From: Azolla caroliniana
Lineage: Eukaryota > Plantae > Polypodiophyta
Assembly (NCBI GenBank): GCA_043228905.1
Contig: JBHGNT010000006.1
Coordinates: forward strand, 1-64,000
Direction of reading: 5' to 3'
DNA: 64,000 nt
Within the stretch, counting starts at the first letter, position 1. Every line of letters begins with the position of its first letter. Made by a program: the position numbers and the translations under genes. Shown here in pieces: positions 44,801 through 58,400 of this stretch. The notes beneath the pieces were generated by a model. The model was not told the DNA's origin and searched no databases. It worked only from the letters and a program-made list of their open reading frames with translations.

Positions 44801-46200
44801 CGATATCACACGAGCCAGATATGAACATTTTAATTTACCTACTAGGTCTTCTTAACTCAATCCTCAAATTTGGTAATTTCGTCATGTCTCTCGGCCTGAC
44901 TTTCAAAATCTTGATTTTTTAATTCCATGTCATAGCTAGCGTTGTTAGCTTCGATTCGCATGTTTGTACACAGAAATCCGATATCACACGAGCCAGGTAT
45001 GAACATTTTTATTTACCTACTAGCTCTTCTGAACTCACTCCACAAATTTGGTAATTACGTCATGTCTCTCGAGCTGAGTTTCAAAATCTTGATTTTTTAA
45101 TTCTATATGATAGCTAGTATTGTTAGCTTCGATTCGCATGTTTGAATACAAAAATCCGATATCACACGAGCCAGGTACGAACATTTTAATTTACTCAAGG
45201 GCTCCTCTCAACTCACTCCTGAAATTTGGTAATTACGTCATGTCTCTCAACCTGAGTTTCAAAATCTTGATTTTTTAATTCTATATGATAGCTAGCGTTG
45301 TTAGCTTCGATTTGCATGTTTGAACATAAAAATCCGATATCACACGAGCCAGGTATGAACATTTTTATTTACCTACTAGCTCTTCTCAACTCAATCCTCA
45401 AATTTGGTAATTTCGTCATGTCTCTCGACCTGAGTTTCAAAATCTTGATTTTTTAATTCTATATGATAGCTAGCGTTGTTAGCTTCGATTCGCATGTTTG
45501 AACACAAAAATCCGATATCACACGAGCCAGGTATAAACATTTTAATTTACCTACTAGCTCTTCTCAACTCAATCCTCAAATTTGATAATTTCGTCATGTC
45601 TCTCGACCTGAGTTTCAAAATCTTGATTTTTTAATTCCATATCATAGCTAGCGTTGTTAGCTTCGATTCGCATGTTTGAACACAAATATCCGATATCACA
45701 CGAGCCAGGTATGAACATTTTAATTTACCTACTAGCTCTTCTCAACTCACTCCTCAAATTTGGTAATTTCTTCATGTCTCTCGACCTGAGTTTCAAAATG
45801 TTGATTTTCTTATTCCATATCATAGCTAGCGTTGTTAGCTTCGATTCGCATGTTTGTACACAAAAATCCGATATCACACGAGCCAGGTATGAACATTTTA
45901 ATTTAGTCAAGCGCTCCTCTCAACTCACTGCTCAAATTTGGTAATTACGTCATGTCTCTCGACCTGAGTTTCAAAATCTTGATTTTTTAATTCTATATGA
46001 TAGCTAGCGTTGTTAGATTCGATTTGCATGTTTGAACACAAAAACCCGATATCACACGAGCCAGGTATGAACATTTTAATTTAGTCAAGCGCTCCTCTCA
46101 ACTCACTCCTCAAATTTGGTAATTACGTCATGTCTCTCGACCTGAGTTTCAAAATCTTGATTTTTTAATTCCATATCATAGCTAGCGTTGTTAGCTTCGA
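35815..46200. repeat. 29-mer higher-order repeat (5162 bp), 2 tandem copies, each with an internal 8-mer-period duplication
   Basis: ORF-track hits 36576/41738, 37644/42806, 39068/44230 and 40492/45654 are all offset 5162 = 29x178. 37644 to 39068 and 42806 to 44230 are each 1424 = 8x178. Confidence 0.92.
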
Positions 46201-47600
46201 TTTGCATGTTTGAACACAAAAACCCGATATCACACGAGCCAGGTATGAACATTTTAATTTAGTCAAGCGCTCCTCTCAACTCACTGCTCAAATTTGGTAA
46301 TTACGTCATGTCTCTCGACCTGAGTTTCAAAATCTTGATTTTTTAATTCTATATGATAGCTAGCGTTGTTAGATTCGATTTGCATGTTTGAACACAAAAA
46401 CCCGATATCACACGAGCCAGGTATGAACATTTTAATTTAGTCAAGCGCTCCTCTCAACTCACTCCTCAAATTTGGTAATTACGTCATGTCTCTCGACCTG
46501 AGTTTCAAAATCTTGATTTTTTAATTCTATATGATAGCTAGCGTTGTTAGCTTCGATTCGCATGTTTGAACATAAGAATCCGATATCATACGAGCCAGGT
46601 ATGAACATTTTAATTTACCTACTAGCTCTTCTTAACTCAATCCTCAAATTTGGTAATTTCGTCATGTCTCTCGGCCTGAGTTTCAAAATCTTGATTTTTT
46701 AATTCCATGTCATAGCTAGCGTTGTTAGCTTCGATTCGCATGTTTGTACACAGAAATCCGATATCACACGAGCCAGGTATGAACATTTTTATTTACCTAC
46801 TAGCTCTTCTGAACTCACTCCACAAATTTGGTAATTACGTCATGTCTCTCGAGCTGAGTTTCAAAATGTTGATTTTTTAATTCTATATGATAGCTAGCAT
46901 TGTTAGCTTCGATTCGCATGTTTGAATACAAAAATCCGATATCACACGAGCCAGGTATGAACATTTTAATTTACTCAAGGACTCCTCTCAACTGACTCCT
47001 CAAATTTGGTAATTACGTCATGTCTCTCGACTTGAGTTTCAAAATCTTGATTTTTTAATTCCATATCATAGCTAGCGTTGTTAGCTTCGATTCGCATGTT
47101 TGAATATAAAAATCCGATGTCACACGAGCCAGGTATGAACATTTTAATTTACCTACTAGCTCTTCTCAACTCACTCCTCAAATTTGGTAATTTTGTCATG
47201 TCTCTCGACCTGAGTTTCAGAATCTTGATTTTTTAATTCCATATCATAGCTAGCGTTGTTAGCTTCGATTCGCATGTTTGAACACAAAAATCCGATATCA
47301 CACGAGCCAGGTATGAACATTTTAATTTACCTACTAGCTCTTCTCAACTCACTCCTCAAATTTGGTAATTTCTTCATGTCTCTCGACCTGAGTTTCAAAA
47401 TGTTGATTTTCTTATTCCATATCATAGCTAGCGTTGTTAGCTTCGATTCGCATGTTTGAACACAAAAATCCGATATCACACGAGCCAGGTATGAACAATT
47501 GAATTTACTTAAGGGCTCCTCTCAACTCACTCCTCAAATTTGGTAATTACGTCATGTCTCTCGAGCTGAGTTTCAAAATCTTGATTTTTTAATTCCATAT

Positions 47601-47620
47601 CATAGCTACTAGCTCTTCTC
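47601..47620. other. Junction of an 81-bp deletion giving a truncated 97-bp monomer
   Basis: The sequence reads CATAGCTA|CTAGCTCTTCTC instead of CATAGCTA-GCGTTG...TTTACCTA-CTAGCTC. The phase shift is confirmed by 48599-47256 = 1343 = 8x178-81. Confidence 0.95.
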
Positions 47621-47859
47621 AACTCACTCCTCAAATTTGGTAATTTTGTCATGTCTCTCGACCTGAGTTTCAGAATCTTGATTTTTTAATTCCATATCAT
47701 AGCTAGCGTTGTTAGCTTCGATTCGCATGTTTGAATATAAAAATCCGATGTCACACGAGCCAGGTATGAACATTTTAATTTACCTACTAGCTCTTCTCAA
47801 CTCACTCCTCAAATTTGGTAATTTTGTCATGTCTCTCGACCTGAGTTTCAGAATCTTGA

Positions 47860-50800
47860 TTTTTTAATTCCATATCATAGCTAGCGTTGTTAGCTTCGAT
47901 TAGCATGTTTGTACACAAAAATCTGATATCACACGAGCCAGGTATGACCATTTTTATTTACCTACTAGCTCTTCTCAACTCACTCCTCAAATTTGGTAAT
48001 TACATCATGTCTCTCGAGCTGAGTTTCAAAATCTTGATTTTTTAATTCTATATGATAGCTAGCATTGTTAGCTTCGATTCGCATGTTTGAATACAAAAAT
48101 CCGATATCACACGAGCCAGGTATGAACATTTTAATTTACTCAAGGACTCCTCTCAACTGACTCCTCAAATTTGGTAATTACGTCATGTCTCTCGACTTGA
48201 GTTTCAAAATCTTGATTTTTTAATTCCATATCATAGCTAGCGTTGTTAGCTTCGATTTGCATGTTTGGACACAAATATCCGATATCACACGAGCCAGGTA
48301 TGAACATTTTAATTTACTCAAGCGCTCCTCTCAACTCACTCCTCAAATTTGGTAATTACGTCATGTCTCTCGACCTGAGTTTCAAAATCTTGATGTTTTA
48401 ATTCCATATCATAGCTAGCGTTGTTAGCTTCGATTCGCATGTTTAAACACAAAAATCCGATATCACACGAGCCAGGTATGAACATTTTAATTTACCTACT
48501 AGCTCTTCTCAACTAACTCCTCAAATTTGGTAATTTCGTCATGTCTATCGACCTGAGTTTCAAAATCTTGATTTTTTAATTCCATATCATAGCTAGCGTT
48601 GTTAGCTTCGATTCGCATGTTTGAACACAAATATCCGATATCACACGAGCCAGGTATGAACATTTTTATTTACCTACTAGCTCTTCTTAACTCACTCCTC
48701 AAATTTGGTAATTTCATCATGTCTCTCGACATGAGTTTCAAAATGTTGATTTTTTTATTCCATATCATAGCTATTGTTGTTAGCTTCGATTCGCATGTTT
48801 GAACACAAAAATCCGATATCACACGAGCCAGGTATGAACATTTTAATTTACTTAAGGGCTCCTCTCAACTCACTCCTCAAATTTGGTAATTACGTCATGT
48901 CTCTCGACCTGAGTTTCAAAATCTTGATTTTTTAATTCTATATGATAGCTAGCGTTGTTAGCTTCGATTCGCATGTTTGAACACAAAAATCCGATATCAC
49001 ACGAGCCAGGTATGAACATTTTAATTTACCTACTAGCTCTTCTCAACTCAATCCTCAAATTTGGTAATTTCGTCATGTCTCTCGACCTGAGTTTCAAAAT
49101 CTTGATTTTTTAATTCCATATCATAGCTAGCGTTGTTAGCTTCGATTCGCATGTTTGTACACAAAAATATGATATCACACGAGCCAGGTATGAACATTTT
49201 AATTTACCTACTAGCTCTTCTCAACTCACTCCTCAAATTTGGTAATTACGTCATGTCTCTCGAGCTGATTTTCAAAATCTTGATTTTTTAATTCTATATG
49301 ATAGCTAGCATTGTTAGCTTCCATTCGCATGTTTGAATACAAAAATCCGATATCACACGAGCCAGGTATGAACATTTTAATTTACTCAAGGACTCCTCTC
49401 AACTGACTCCTCAAATTTGGTAATTTCGTCATGTCTCTCGACCTGAGTTTCAGAATCTTGATTTTTTAATTCCATATCATAGCTAGCGTTGTTAGCTTCG
49501 ATTCGCATGTTTGAATATAAAAATCCGATGTCACACGAGCCAGGTATGAACATTTTAATTTACCTACTAGCTCTTCTCAACTCACTCCTCAAATTTGGTA
49601 ATTTTGTCATGTCTCTCGACCTGAGTTTCAAAATCTTGATTTTTTAATTCTATATGATAGCTAGCGTTGTTAGCTTCGATTCGCATGTTTGAACACAAAA
49701 ATCCGATATCACACGAGCCAGGTATGAACATTTTTATTTACCTACTAGCTCTTCTCAACTCAATCCTCAATTTGGAAATTTCGTCATGTCTCTCGACCTG
49801 AGTTTCAAAATCTTGATTTTTTAATTCCATATCATAGCTAGCGTTGTTAGCTTCGATTCGCATGTTTGTACTCAAAAATCCGATGTCACACGAGCCAGGT
49901 ATGAACATTTTTATTTACCTACTAGCTCTTCTCAACTCAATCCTCAAATTTGGTAATTTCGTCATGTCTCTCGACCTGAGTTTCAAAATCTTGATTTTTT
50001 AATTCCATATCATAGCTAGCGTTGTTAGCTTCGATTCGCATGTTTGTACACAAAAATCCGATATCACACGAGCCAGGTATGAACATTTTTATTTACCTAC
50101 TAGCTCTTCTTAACTCACTCCTCAAATTTGGTAATTTCTTCATGTCTCTCGACATGAGTTTCAAAATGTTGATTTTTTTATTCCATATCATAGCTATTGT
50201 TGTTAGCTTCGATTCGCATGTTTGAACACAAAAATCCGATATCACACGAGCCAGGTATGAACATTTTAATTTACTTAAGGGCTCCTCTCAACTCACTCCT
50301 CAAATTTGGTAATTACGTCATGTCTCTCGACCTGAGTTTCAAAATCTTGATTTTTTAATTCTATATGATAGCTAGCGTTGTTAGCTTCGATTCGCATGTT
50401 TGAACACAAAAATCCGATATCACACGAGCCAGGTATGAACATTTTAATTTACCTACTAGCTCTTCTCAACTCAATCCTCAAATTTGGTAATTTCGTCATG
50501 TCTCTCGACCTGAGTTTCAAAATCTTGATTTTTTAATTCCATATCATAGCTAGCGTTGTTAGCTTCGATTCGCATGTTTGTACACAAAAATCTGATATCA
50601 CACGAGCCAGGTATGAACATTTTAATTTACCTACTAGCTCTTCTCAACTCACTCCTCAAATTTGGTAATTACGTCATGTCTCTCGAGCTGATTTTCAAAA
50701 TCTTGATTTTTTAATTCTATATGATAGCTAGCATTGTTAGCTTCCATTCGCATGTTTGAATACAAAAATCCGATATCGCACGAGCCAGGTATGAACATTT

Positions 50801-53800
50801 TAATTTACTCAAGGACTCCTCTCAACTGACTCCTCAAATTTGGTAATTTCGTCATGTCTCTCGACCTGAGTTTCAGAATCTTGATTTTTTAATTCCATAT
50901 CATAGCTAGCGTTGTTAGCTTCGATTCGCATGTTTGAATATAAAAATCCGATGTCACACGAGCCAGGTATGAACATTTTAATTTACCTACTAGCTCTTCT
51001 CAACTCACTCCTCAAATTTGGTAATTTTGTCATGTCTCTCGACCTGAGTTTCAGAATCTTGATTTTTTAATTCCATATCATAGCTAGCGTTGTTAGCTTC
51101 GATTCGCATGTTTGAACACAAAAATCCGATATCACACGAGCCAGGTATGAACATTTTAATTTACCTACTAGCTCTTCTCAACTCACTCCTCAAATTTGGT
51201 AATTTCTTCATGTCTCTCGACCTGAGTTTCAAAATGTTGATTTTCTTATTCCATATCATAGCTAGCGTTGTTAGCTTCGATTCGCATGTTTGAACACAAA
51301 AATCCGATATCACACGAGCCAGGTATGAACAATTGAATTTACTTAAGGGCTCCTCTCAACTCACTCCTCAAATTTGGTAATTACGTCATGTCTCTCGACC
51401 TGAGTTTCAAAATCTTGATTTTTTAATTCTATATGATAGCTAGCGTTGTTAGCTTCGATTCGCATGTTTGAACACAAAAATCCGATATCACACGAGCCAG
51501 GTATGAACATTTTTATTTACCTACTAGCTCTTCTCAACTCAATCCTCAAATTTGGAAATTTCGTCATGTCTCTCGACCTGAGTTTCAAAATCTTGATTTT
51601 TTAATTCCATATCATAGCTAGCGTTGTTAGCTTCGATTAGCATGTTTGTACACAAAAATCTGATATCACACGAGCCAGGTATGACCATTTTTATTTACCT
51701 ACTAGCTCTTCTCAACTCACTCCTCAAATTTGGTAATTACATCATGTCTCTCGAGCTGAGTTTCAAAATCTTGATTTTTTAATTCTATATGATAGCTAGC
51801 ATTGGTAGCTTCGATTCGCATGTTTGAATACAAAAATCCGATATCACACGAGCCAGGTATGAACATTTTAATTTACTCAAGGACTCCTCTCAACTGACTC
51901 CTCAAATTTGGTAATTACGTCATGTCTCTCGACTTGAGTTTCAAAATCTTGATTTTTTAATTCCATATCATAGCTAGCGTTGTTAGCTTCGATTTGCATG
52001 TTTGAACACAAATATCCGATATCACACGAGCCAGGTATGAACATTTTAATTTACTCAAGCGCTCCTCTCAACTCACTCCTCAAATTTGGTAATTACGTCA
52101 TGTCTCTCGACCTGAGTTTCAAAATCTTGATGTTTTAATTCCATATCATAGCTAGCGTTGTTAGCTTCGATTCGCATGTTTAAACACAAAAATCCGATAT
52201 CACACGAGCCAGGTATGAACATTTTTATTTACCTACTAGCTCTTCTCAACTAACTCCTCAAATTTGGTAATTTCGTCATGTCTATCGACCTGAGTTTCAA
52301 AATCTTGATTTTTTAATTCCATATCATAGCTAGCGTTGTTAGCTTCGATTCGCATGTTTGAACACAAATATCCGATATCACACGAGCCAGGTATGAACAT
52401 TTTTATTTACCTACTAGCTCTTCTTAACTCACTCCTCAAATTTGGTAATTTCATCATGTCTCTCGACATGAGTTTCAAAATGTTGATTTTTTTATTCCAT
52501 ATCATAGCTATTGTTGTTAGCTTCGATTCGCATGTTTGAACACAAAAATCCGATATCACACGAGCCAGGTATGAACATTTTAATTTACTTAAGGGCTCCT
52601 CTCAACTCACTCCTCAAATTTGGTAATTACGTCATGTCTCTCGACCTGAGTTTCAAAATCTTGATTTTTTAATTCTATATGATAGCTAGCGTTGTTAGCT
52701 TCGATTCGCATGTTTGAACACAAAAATCCGATATCACACGAGCCAGGTATGAACATTTTAATTTACCTACTAGCTCTTCTCAACTCAATCCTCAAATTTG
52801 GTAATTTCGTCATGTCTCTCGACCTGAGTTTCAAAATCTTGATTTTTTAATTCCATATCATAGCTAGCGTTGTTAGCTTCGATTCGCATGTTTGTACACA
52901 AAAATATGATATCACACGAGCCAGGTATGAACATTTTAATTTACCTACTAGCTCTTCTCAACTCACTCCTCAAATTTGGTAATTACGTCATGTCTCTCGA
53001 GCTGATTTTCAAAATCTTGATTTTTTAATTCTATATGATAGCTAGCATTGTTAGCTTCCATTCGCATGTTTGAATACAAAAATCCGATATCACACGAGCC
53101 AGGTATGAACATTTTAATTTACTCAAGGACTCCTCTCAACTGACTCCTCAAATTTGGTAATTTCGTCATGTCTCTCGACCTGAGTTTCAGAATCTTGATT
53201 TTTTAATTCCATATCATAGCTAGCGTTGTTAGCTTCGATTCGCATGTTTGAATATAAAAATCCGATGTCACACGAGCCAGGTATGAACATTTTAATTTAC
53301 CTACTAGCTCTTCTCAACTCACTCCTCAAATTTGGTAATTTTGTCATGTCTCTCGACCTGAGTTTCAAAATCTTGATTTTTTAATTCTATATGATAGCTA
53401 GCGTTGTTAGCTTCGATTCGCATGTTTGAACACAAAAATCCGATATCACACGAGCCAGGTATGAACATTTTTATTTACCTACTAGCTCTTCTCAACTCAA
53501 TCCTCAAATTTGGAAATTTCGTCATGTCTCTCGACCTGAGTTTCAAAATCTTGATTTTTTAATTCCATATCATAGCTAGCGTTGTTAGCTTCGATTCGCA
53601 TGTTTGTACTCAAAAATCCGATGTCACACGAGCCACGTATGAACATTTTTATTTACCTACTAGCTCTTCTCAACTCAATCCTCAAATTTGGTAATTTCGT
53701 CATGTCTCTCGACCTGAGTTTCAAAATCTTGATTTTTTAATTCCATATCATAGCTAGCGTTGTTAGCTTCGATTCGCATGTTTGTACACAAAAATCCGAT

Positions 53801-54670
53801 ATCACACGAGCCAGGTATGAACATTTTTATTTACCTACTAGCTCTTCTTAACTCACTCCTCAAATTTGGTAATTTCTTCATGTCTCTCGACATGAGTTTC
53901 AAAATGTTGATTTTTTAATTCCATATCATAGCTATTGTTGTTAGCTTCGATTCGCATGTTTGAACACAAAAATCCGATATCACACGAGCCAGGTATGAAC
54001 ATTTTAATTTACTTAAGGGCTCCTCTCAACTCACTCCTCAAATTTGGTAATTACGTCATGTCTCTCGACCTGAGTTTCAAAATCTTGATTTTTTAATTCT
54101 ATATGATAGCTAGCGTTGTTAGCTTCGATTCGCATGTTTGAACACAAAAATCCGATATCACACGAGCCAGGTATGAACATTTTAATTTACCTACAAGCTC
54201 TTCTCAACTCAATCCTCAAATTTGGTAATTTCGTCATGTCTCTCGACCTGAGTTTCAAAATCTTGATTTTTTAATTCCATATCATAGCTAGCGTTGTTAG
54301 CTTCGATTCGCATGTTTGTACACAAAAATCTGATATCACACGAGCCAGGTATGAACATTTTAATTTACCTACTAGCTCTTCTCAACTCACTCCTCAAATT
54401 TGGTAATTACGTCATGTCTCTCGAGCTGATTTTCAAAATCTTGATTTTTTAATTCTATATGATAGCTAGCATTGTTAGCTTCCATTCGCATGTTTGAATA
54501 CAAAAATCCGATATCACACGAGCCAGGTATGAACATTTTAATTTACTCAAGGACTCCTCTCAACTGACTCCTCAAATTTGGTAATTTCGTCATGTCTCTC
54601 GACCTGAGTTTCAGAATCTTGATTTTTTAATTCCATATCATAGCTAGCGTTGTTAGCTTCGATTCGCATG
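47860..54670. repeat. Second, different 21-mer-period duplication (~1.8 copies)
   Basis: GATTAGCATG at 47901 and 51638, GTATGACCAT and TTACATCATG repeat, and the ORF hits are at 48599 and 52336. The offset is 3737 = 21x178-1 (one A missing near 49770). Confidence 0.87.
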
Positions 54671-55400
54671 TTTGAACACAAAAATCCAATATCACACGAG
54701 CCAGGTATGAAAATTTTTATTTACCTACTAGCTCTTCTCAACTGACTCCTCAAATTTGGTAATTTCGTCATGTCTCTCGACCTGAGTTTCAAAATCTTGA
54801 TTTTTTAATTCTATATGATAGCTAGCGTTGTTAGCTTTGATTCGCATGTTTGAACACAAAAATCCGATATCACACGAGCCAGGTATGAACATTTTAATTT
54901 ACCTACTAGCTCTTCTCAACTCACTCCTCAAATTTGGTAATTACGTCATGTCTCTCGAGCTGGTTTTCAAAATCTTGATTTTTTAATTCTATATGATAGC
55001 TAGCATTGTTAGCTTCCATTCGCATGTTTGAATACAAAAATCCGATATCACACGAGCCAGGTATGAACATTTTAATTTACTCAAGGACTCCTCTCAACTG
55101 ACTCCTCAAATTTGGTAATTTCGTCATGTCTCTCGACCTGAGTTTCAGAATCTTGATTTTTTAATTCCATATCATAGCTAGCGTTGTTAGCTTCGATTCG
55201 CATGTTTGAACACAAAAATCCAATATCACACGAGCCAGGTATGAAAATTTTTATTTACCTACTAGCTCTTCTCAACTGACTCCTCAAATTTGGTAATTTC
55301 GTCATGTCTCTCGACCTGAGTTTCAAAATCTTGATTTTTTAATTCTATATGATAGCTAGCGTTGTTAGCTTTGATTCGCATGTTTGAACACAAAAATCCG
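54330..55400. repeat. Local 3-mer (534 bp) tandem duplication
   Basis: The AATCCAATATC...GTATGAAAATTTT variant monomer has CAAT at 54687 and 55221 (534 = 3x178), each followed by TAGCTTTGATTC. Confidence 0.8.
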
Positions 55401-58400
55401 ATATCACACGAGCCAGGTATGAACATTTTTATTTACCTACTAGCTCTTCTCAACTCAATCCTCAAATTTGGAAATTTCGTCATGTCTCTCGACCTGAGTT
55501 TCAAAATCTTGATTTTTTAATTCCATATCATAGCTAGCGTTGTTAGCTTCGATTCGCATGTTTGTACACAGAAATCTGATATCACACGAGCCAGGTATGA
55601 ACATTTTTATTTACCTACTAGCTCTTCTCAACTCACTCCTCAAATTTGGTAATTACGTCATGTCTCTCGAGCTGAGTTTCAAAATCTTGATTTTTTAATT
55701 CTATATGATAGCTAGCATTGTTAGCTTCGAATCGCATGTTTGAATACAAAAATCCGATATCACACGAGCCAGGTATGAACATTTTAATTTACTCAAGGAC
55801 TCCTCTCAACTGACTCCTCAAATTTGGTAATTACGTCATGTCTCTCGACCTGAGTTTCAAAATCTTGATTTTTTAATTCTATATGATAGCTAGCGTTGTT
55901 AGCTTCGATTCGCATGTTTGAACACAAAAATCCGATATCACACGAGCCAGGTATGAACATTTTAATTTACCTACTAGCTCTTCTCAACTCACTCCTCAAA
56001 TTTGGTAATTTCTTCATGTCTCTCGACCTGAGTTTCAAAATGTTGATTTTCTTATTCCATATCATAGCTAGCGTTGTTAGCTTCGATTCGCATGTTTGAA
56101 CACAAAAATCCGATATCACACGAGCCAGGTATGAACATTTTAATTTACTTAAGGACTCCTCTCAACTCACTCCTCAAATTTGGTAATTACGTCATGTCTC
56201 TCGACCTGAGTTTCAAAATCTTGATTTTTTAATTCTATATGATAGCTAGCGTTGTTAGCTTCGATTCGCATGTTTGAACACAAAAATCCGATATCACACG
56301 AGCCAGGTATGAACATTTTAATTTACCTACTAGCTCTTCTCAACTCAATCCTCAAATTTGGTAATTTCGTCATGTCTCTCGACCTGAGTTTCAAAATCTT
56401 GATTTTTTAATTCCATATCATAGCTAGCGTTGTTAGCTTCGATTCGCATGTTTGTACACAAAAATCTGATATCACACGAGCCAGGTATGAACATTTTTAT
56501 TTACCTACTAGCTCTTCTCAACTCACTCCTCAAATTTGGTAATTACGTCATGTCTCTCGAGCTGAGTTTCAAAATCTTGATTTTTTAATTCTATATGATA
56601 GCTAGCATTGTTAGCTTCGATTCGCAGGTTTGAATACAAAAATCCGATATCACACGAGCCAGGTATGAACATTTTAATTTACTCAAGGACTCCTCTCAAC
56701 TGACTCCTCAAATTTGGTAATTACGTCATGTCTCTCGACCTGAGTTTCAAAATCTTGATTTTTTAATTCCATATCATAGCTAGCGTTGTTAGCTTCGATT
56801 CGCATGTTTGTACACAAAAATCCGATATCACACGAGCCAGGTATGAACATTTTTATTTACCTACTAGCTCTTCTTAACTCACTACTCAAATTTGGTAATT
56901 TCTTCATGTCTCTCGACATGAGTTTCAAAATGTTGATTTTTTTATTCCATATCATAGCTATTGTTGTTAGCTTCGATTCGCATGTTTGAACACAAAAATC
57001 CGATATCACACGAGCCAGGTATGAACATTTTAATTTACCTACTAGCTCTTCTCAACTAACTCCTCAAATTTGGTAATTTCGTCATGTCTATCGACCTGAG
57101 TTTCAAAATCTTGATTTTTTAATTCCATATCATAGCTAGCGTTGTTAGCTTCGATTCGCATGTTTGTACACAAAAATCCGATATCACACGAGCCAGGTAT
57201 AAACATTTTTATTTACCTACTAGCTCTTCTTAACTCACTCCTCAAATTTGGTAATTTCTTCATGTCTCTCGACATGAGTTTCAAAATGTTGATTTTTTTA
57301 TTCCATATCATAGCTAGTGTTGTTAGCTTCGATTCGCATGTTTGAACACAAAAATCCGATATCACACGAGCCAGGTATGAACATTTTAATTTACTTAAGG
57401 GCTCCTCTCAACTCACTCCTCAAATTTGGTAATTACGTCATGTCTCTCGACCTGAGTTTCAAAATCTTGATTTTTTAATTCTATATGATAGCTAGCGTTG
57501 TTAGCTTCGATTCGCATGTTTGAACACAAAAATCAGATATCACACGAGCCAGGTATGAACATTTTAATTTACCTACTAGCTCTTCTCAACTCAATCCTCA
57601 AATTTGGTAATTTCGTCATGTCTCTCGACCTGAGTTTCAAAATCTTGATTTTTTAATTCCATATCATAGCTAGCGTTGTTAGCTTCGATTCGCATGTTTG
57701 TACACAAAAATCTGATATCACACATGCCAGGTATGAACATTTTTATTTACCTACTAGCTCTTCTCAACTCACTCCTCAAATTTGGTAATTACGTCATGTC
57801 TCTCGAGCTGATTTTCAAAATCTTGATTTTTTAATTCTATATGATAGCTAGCATTGTTAGCTTCCATTCGCATGTTTGAATACAAAAATCCGATATCACA
57901 CGAGCCAGGTATGAACATTTTAATTTACTCAAGGACTCCTCTCAACTGACTCCTCAAATTTGGTAATTTCGTCATGTCTCTCGACCTGAGTTTCAGAATC
58001 TTGATTTTTTAATTCTATATGATAGCTAGCGTTGTTAGCTTCGATTCGCATGTTTGAACACAAAAATCCGATATCACACGAGCCAGGTATGAACATTTTT
58101 ATTTACCTACTAGCTCTTCTCAACTCAATCCTCAAATTTGGAAATTTCGTCATGTCTCTCGACCTGAGTTTCAAAATCTTGATTTTTTAATTCCATATCA
58201 TAGCTAGCATTGTTAGCTTCGATTCGCATGTTTGTACACAGAAATCTGATATCACACGAGCCAGGTATGAACATTTTTATTTACCTACTAGCTCTTCTCA
58301 ACTCACTCCTCAAATTTGGTAATTACGTCATGTCTCTCGAGCTGAGTTTCAAAATCTTGATTTTTTAATTCTATATGATAGCTAGCATTGTTAGCTTCGA

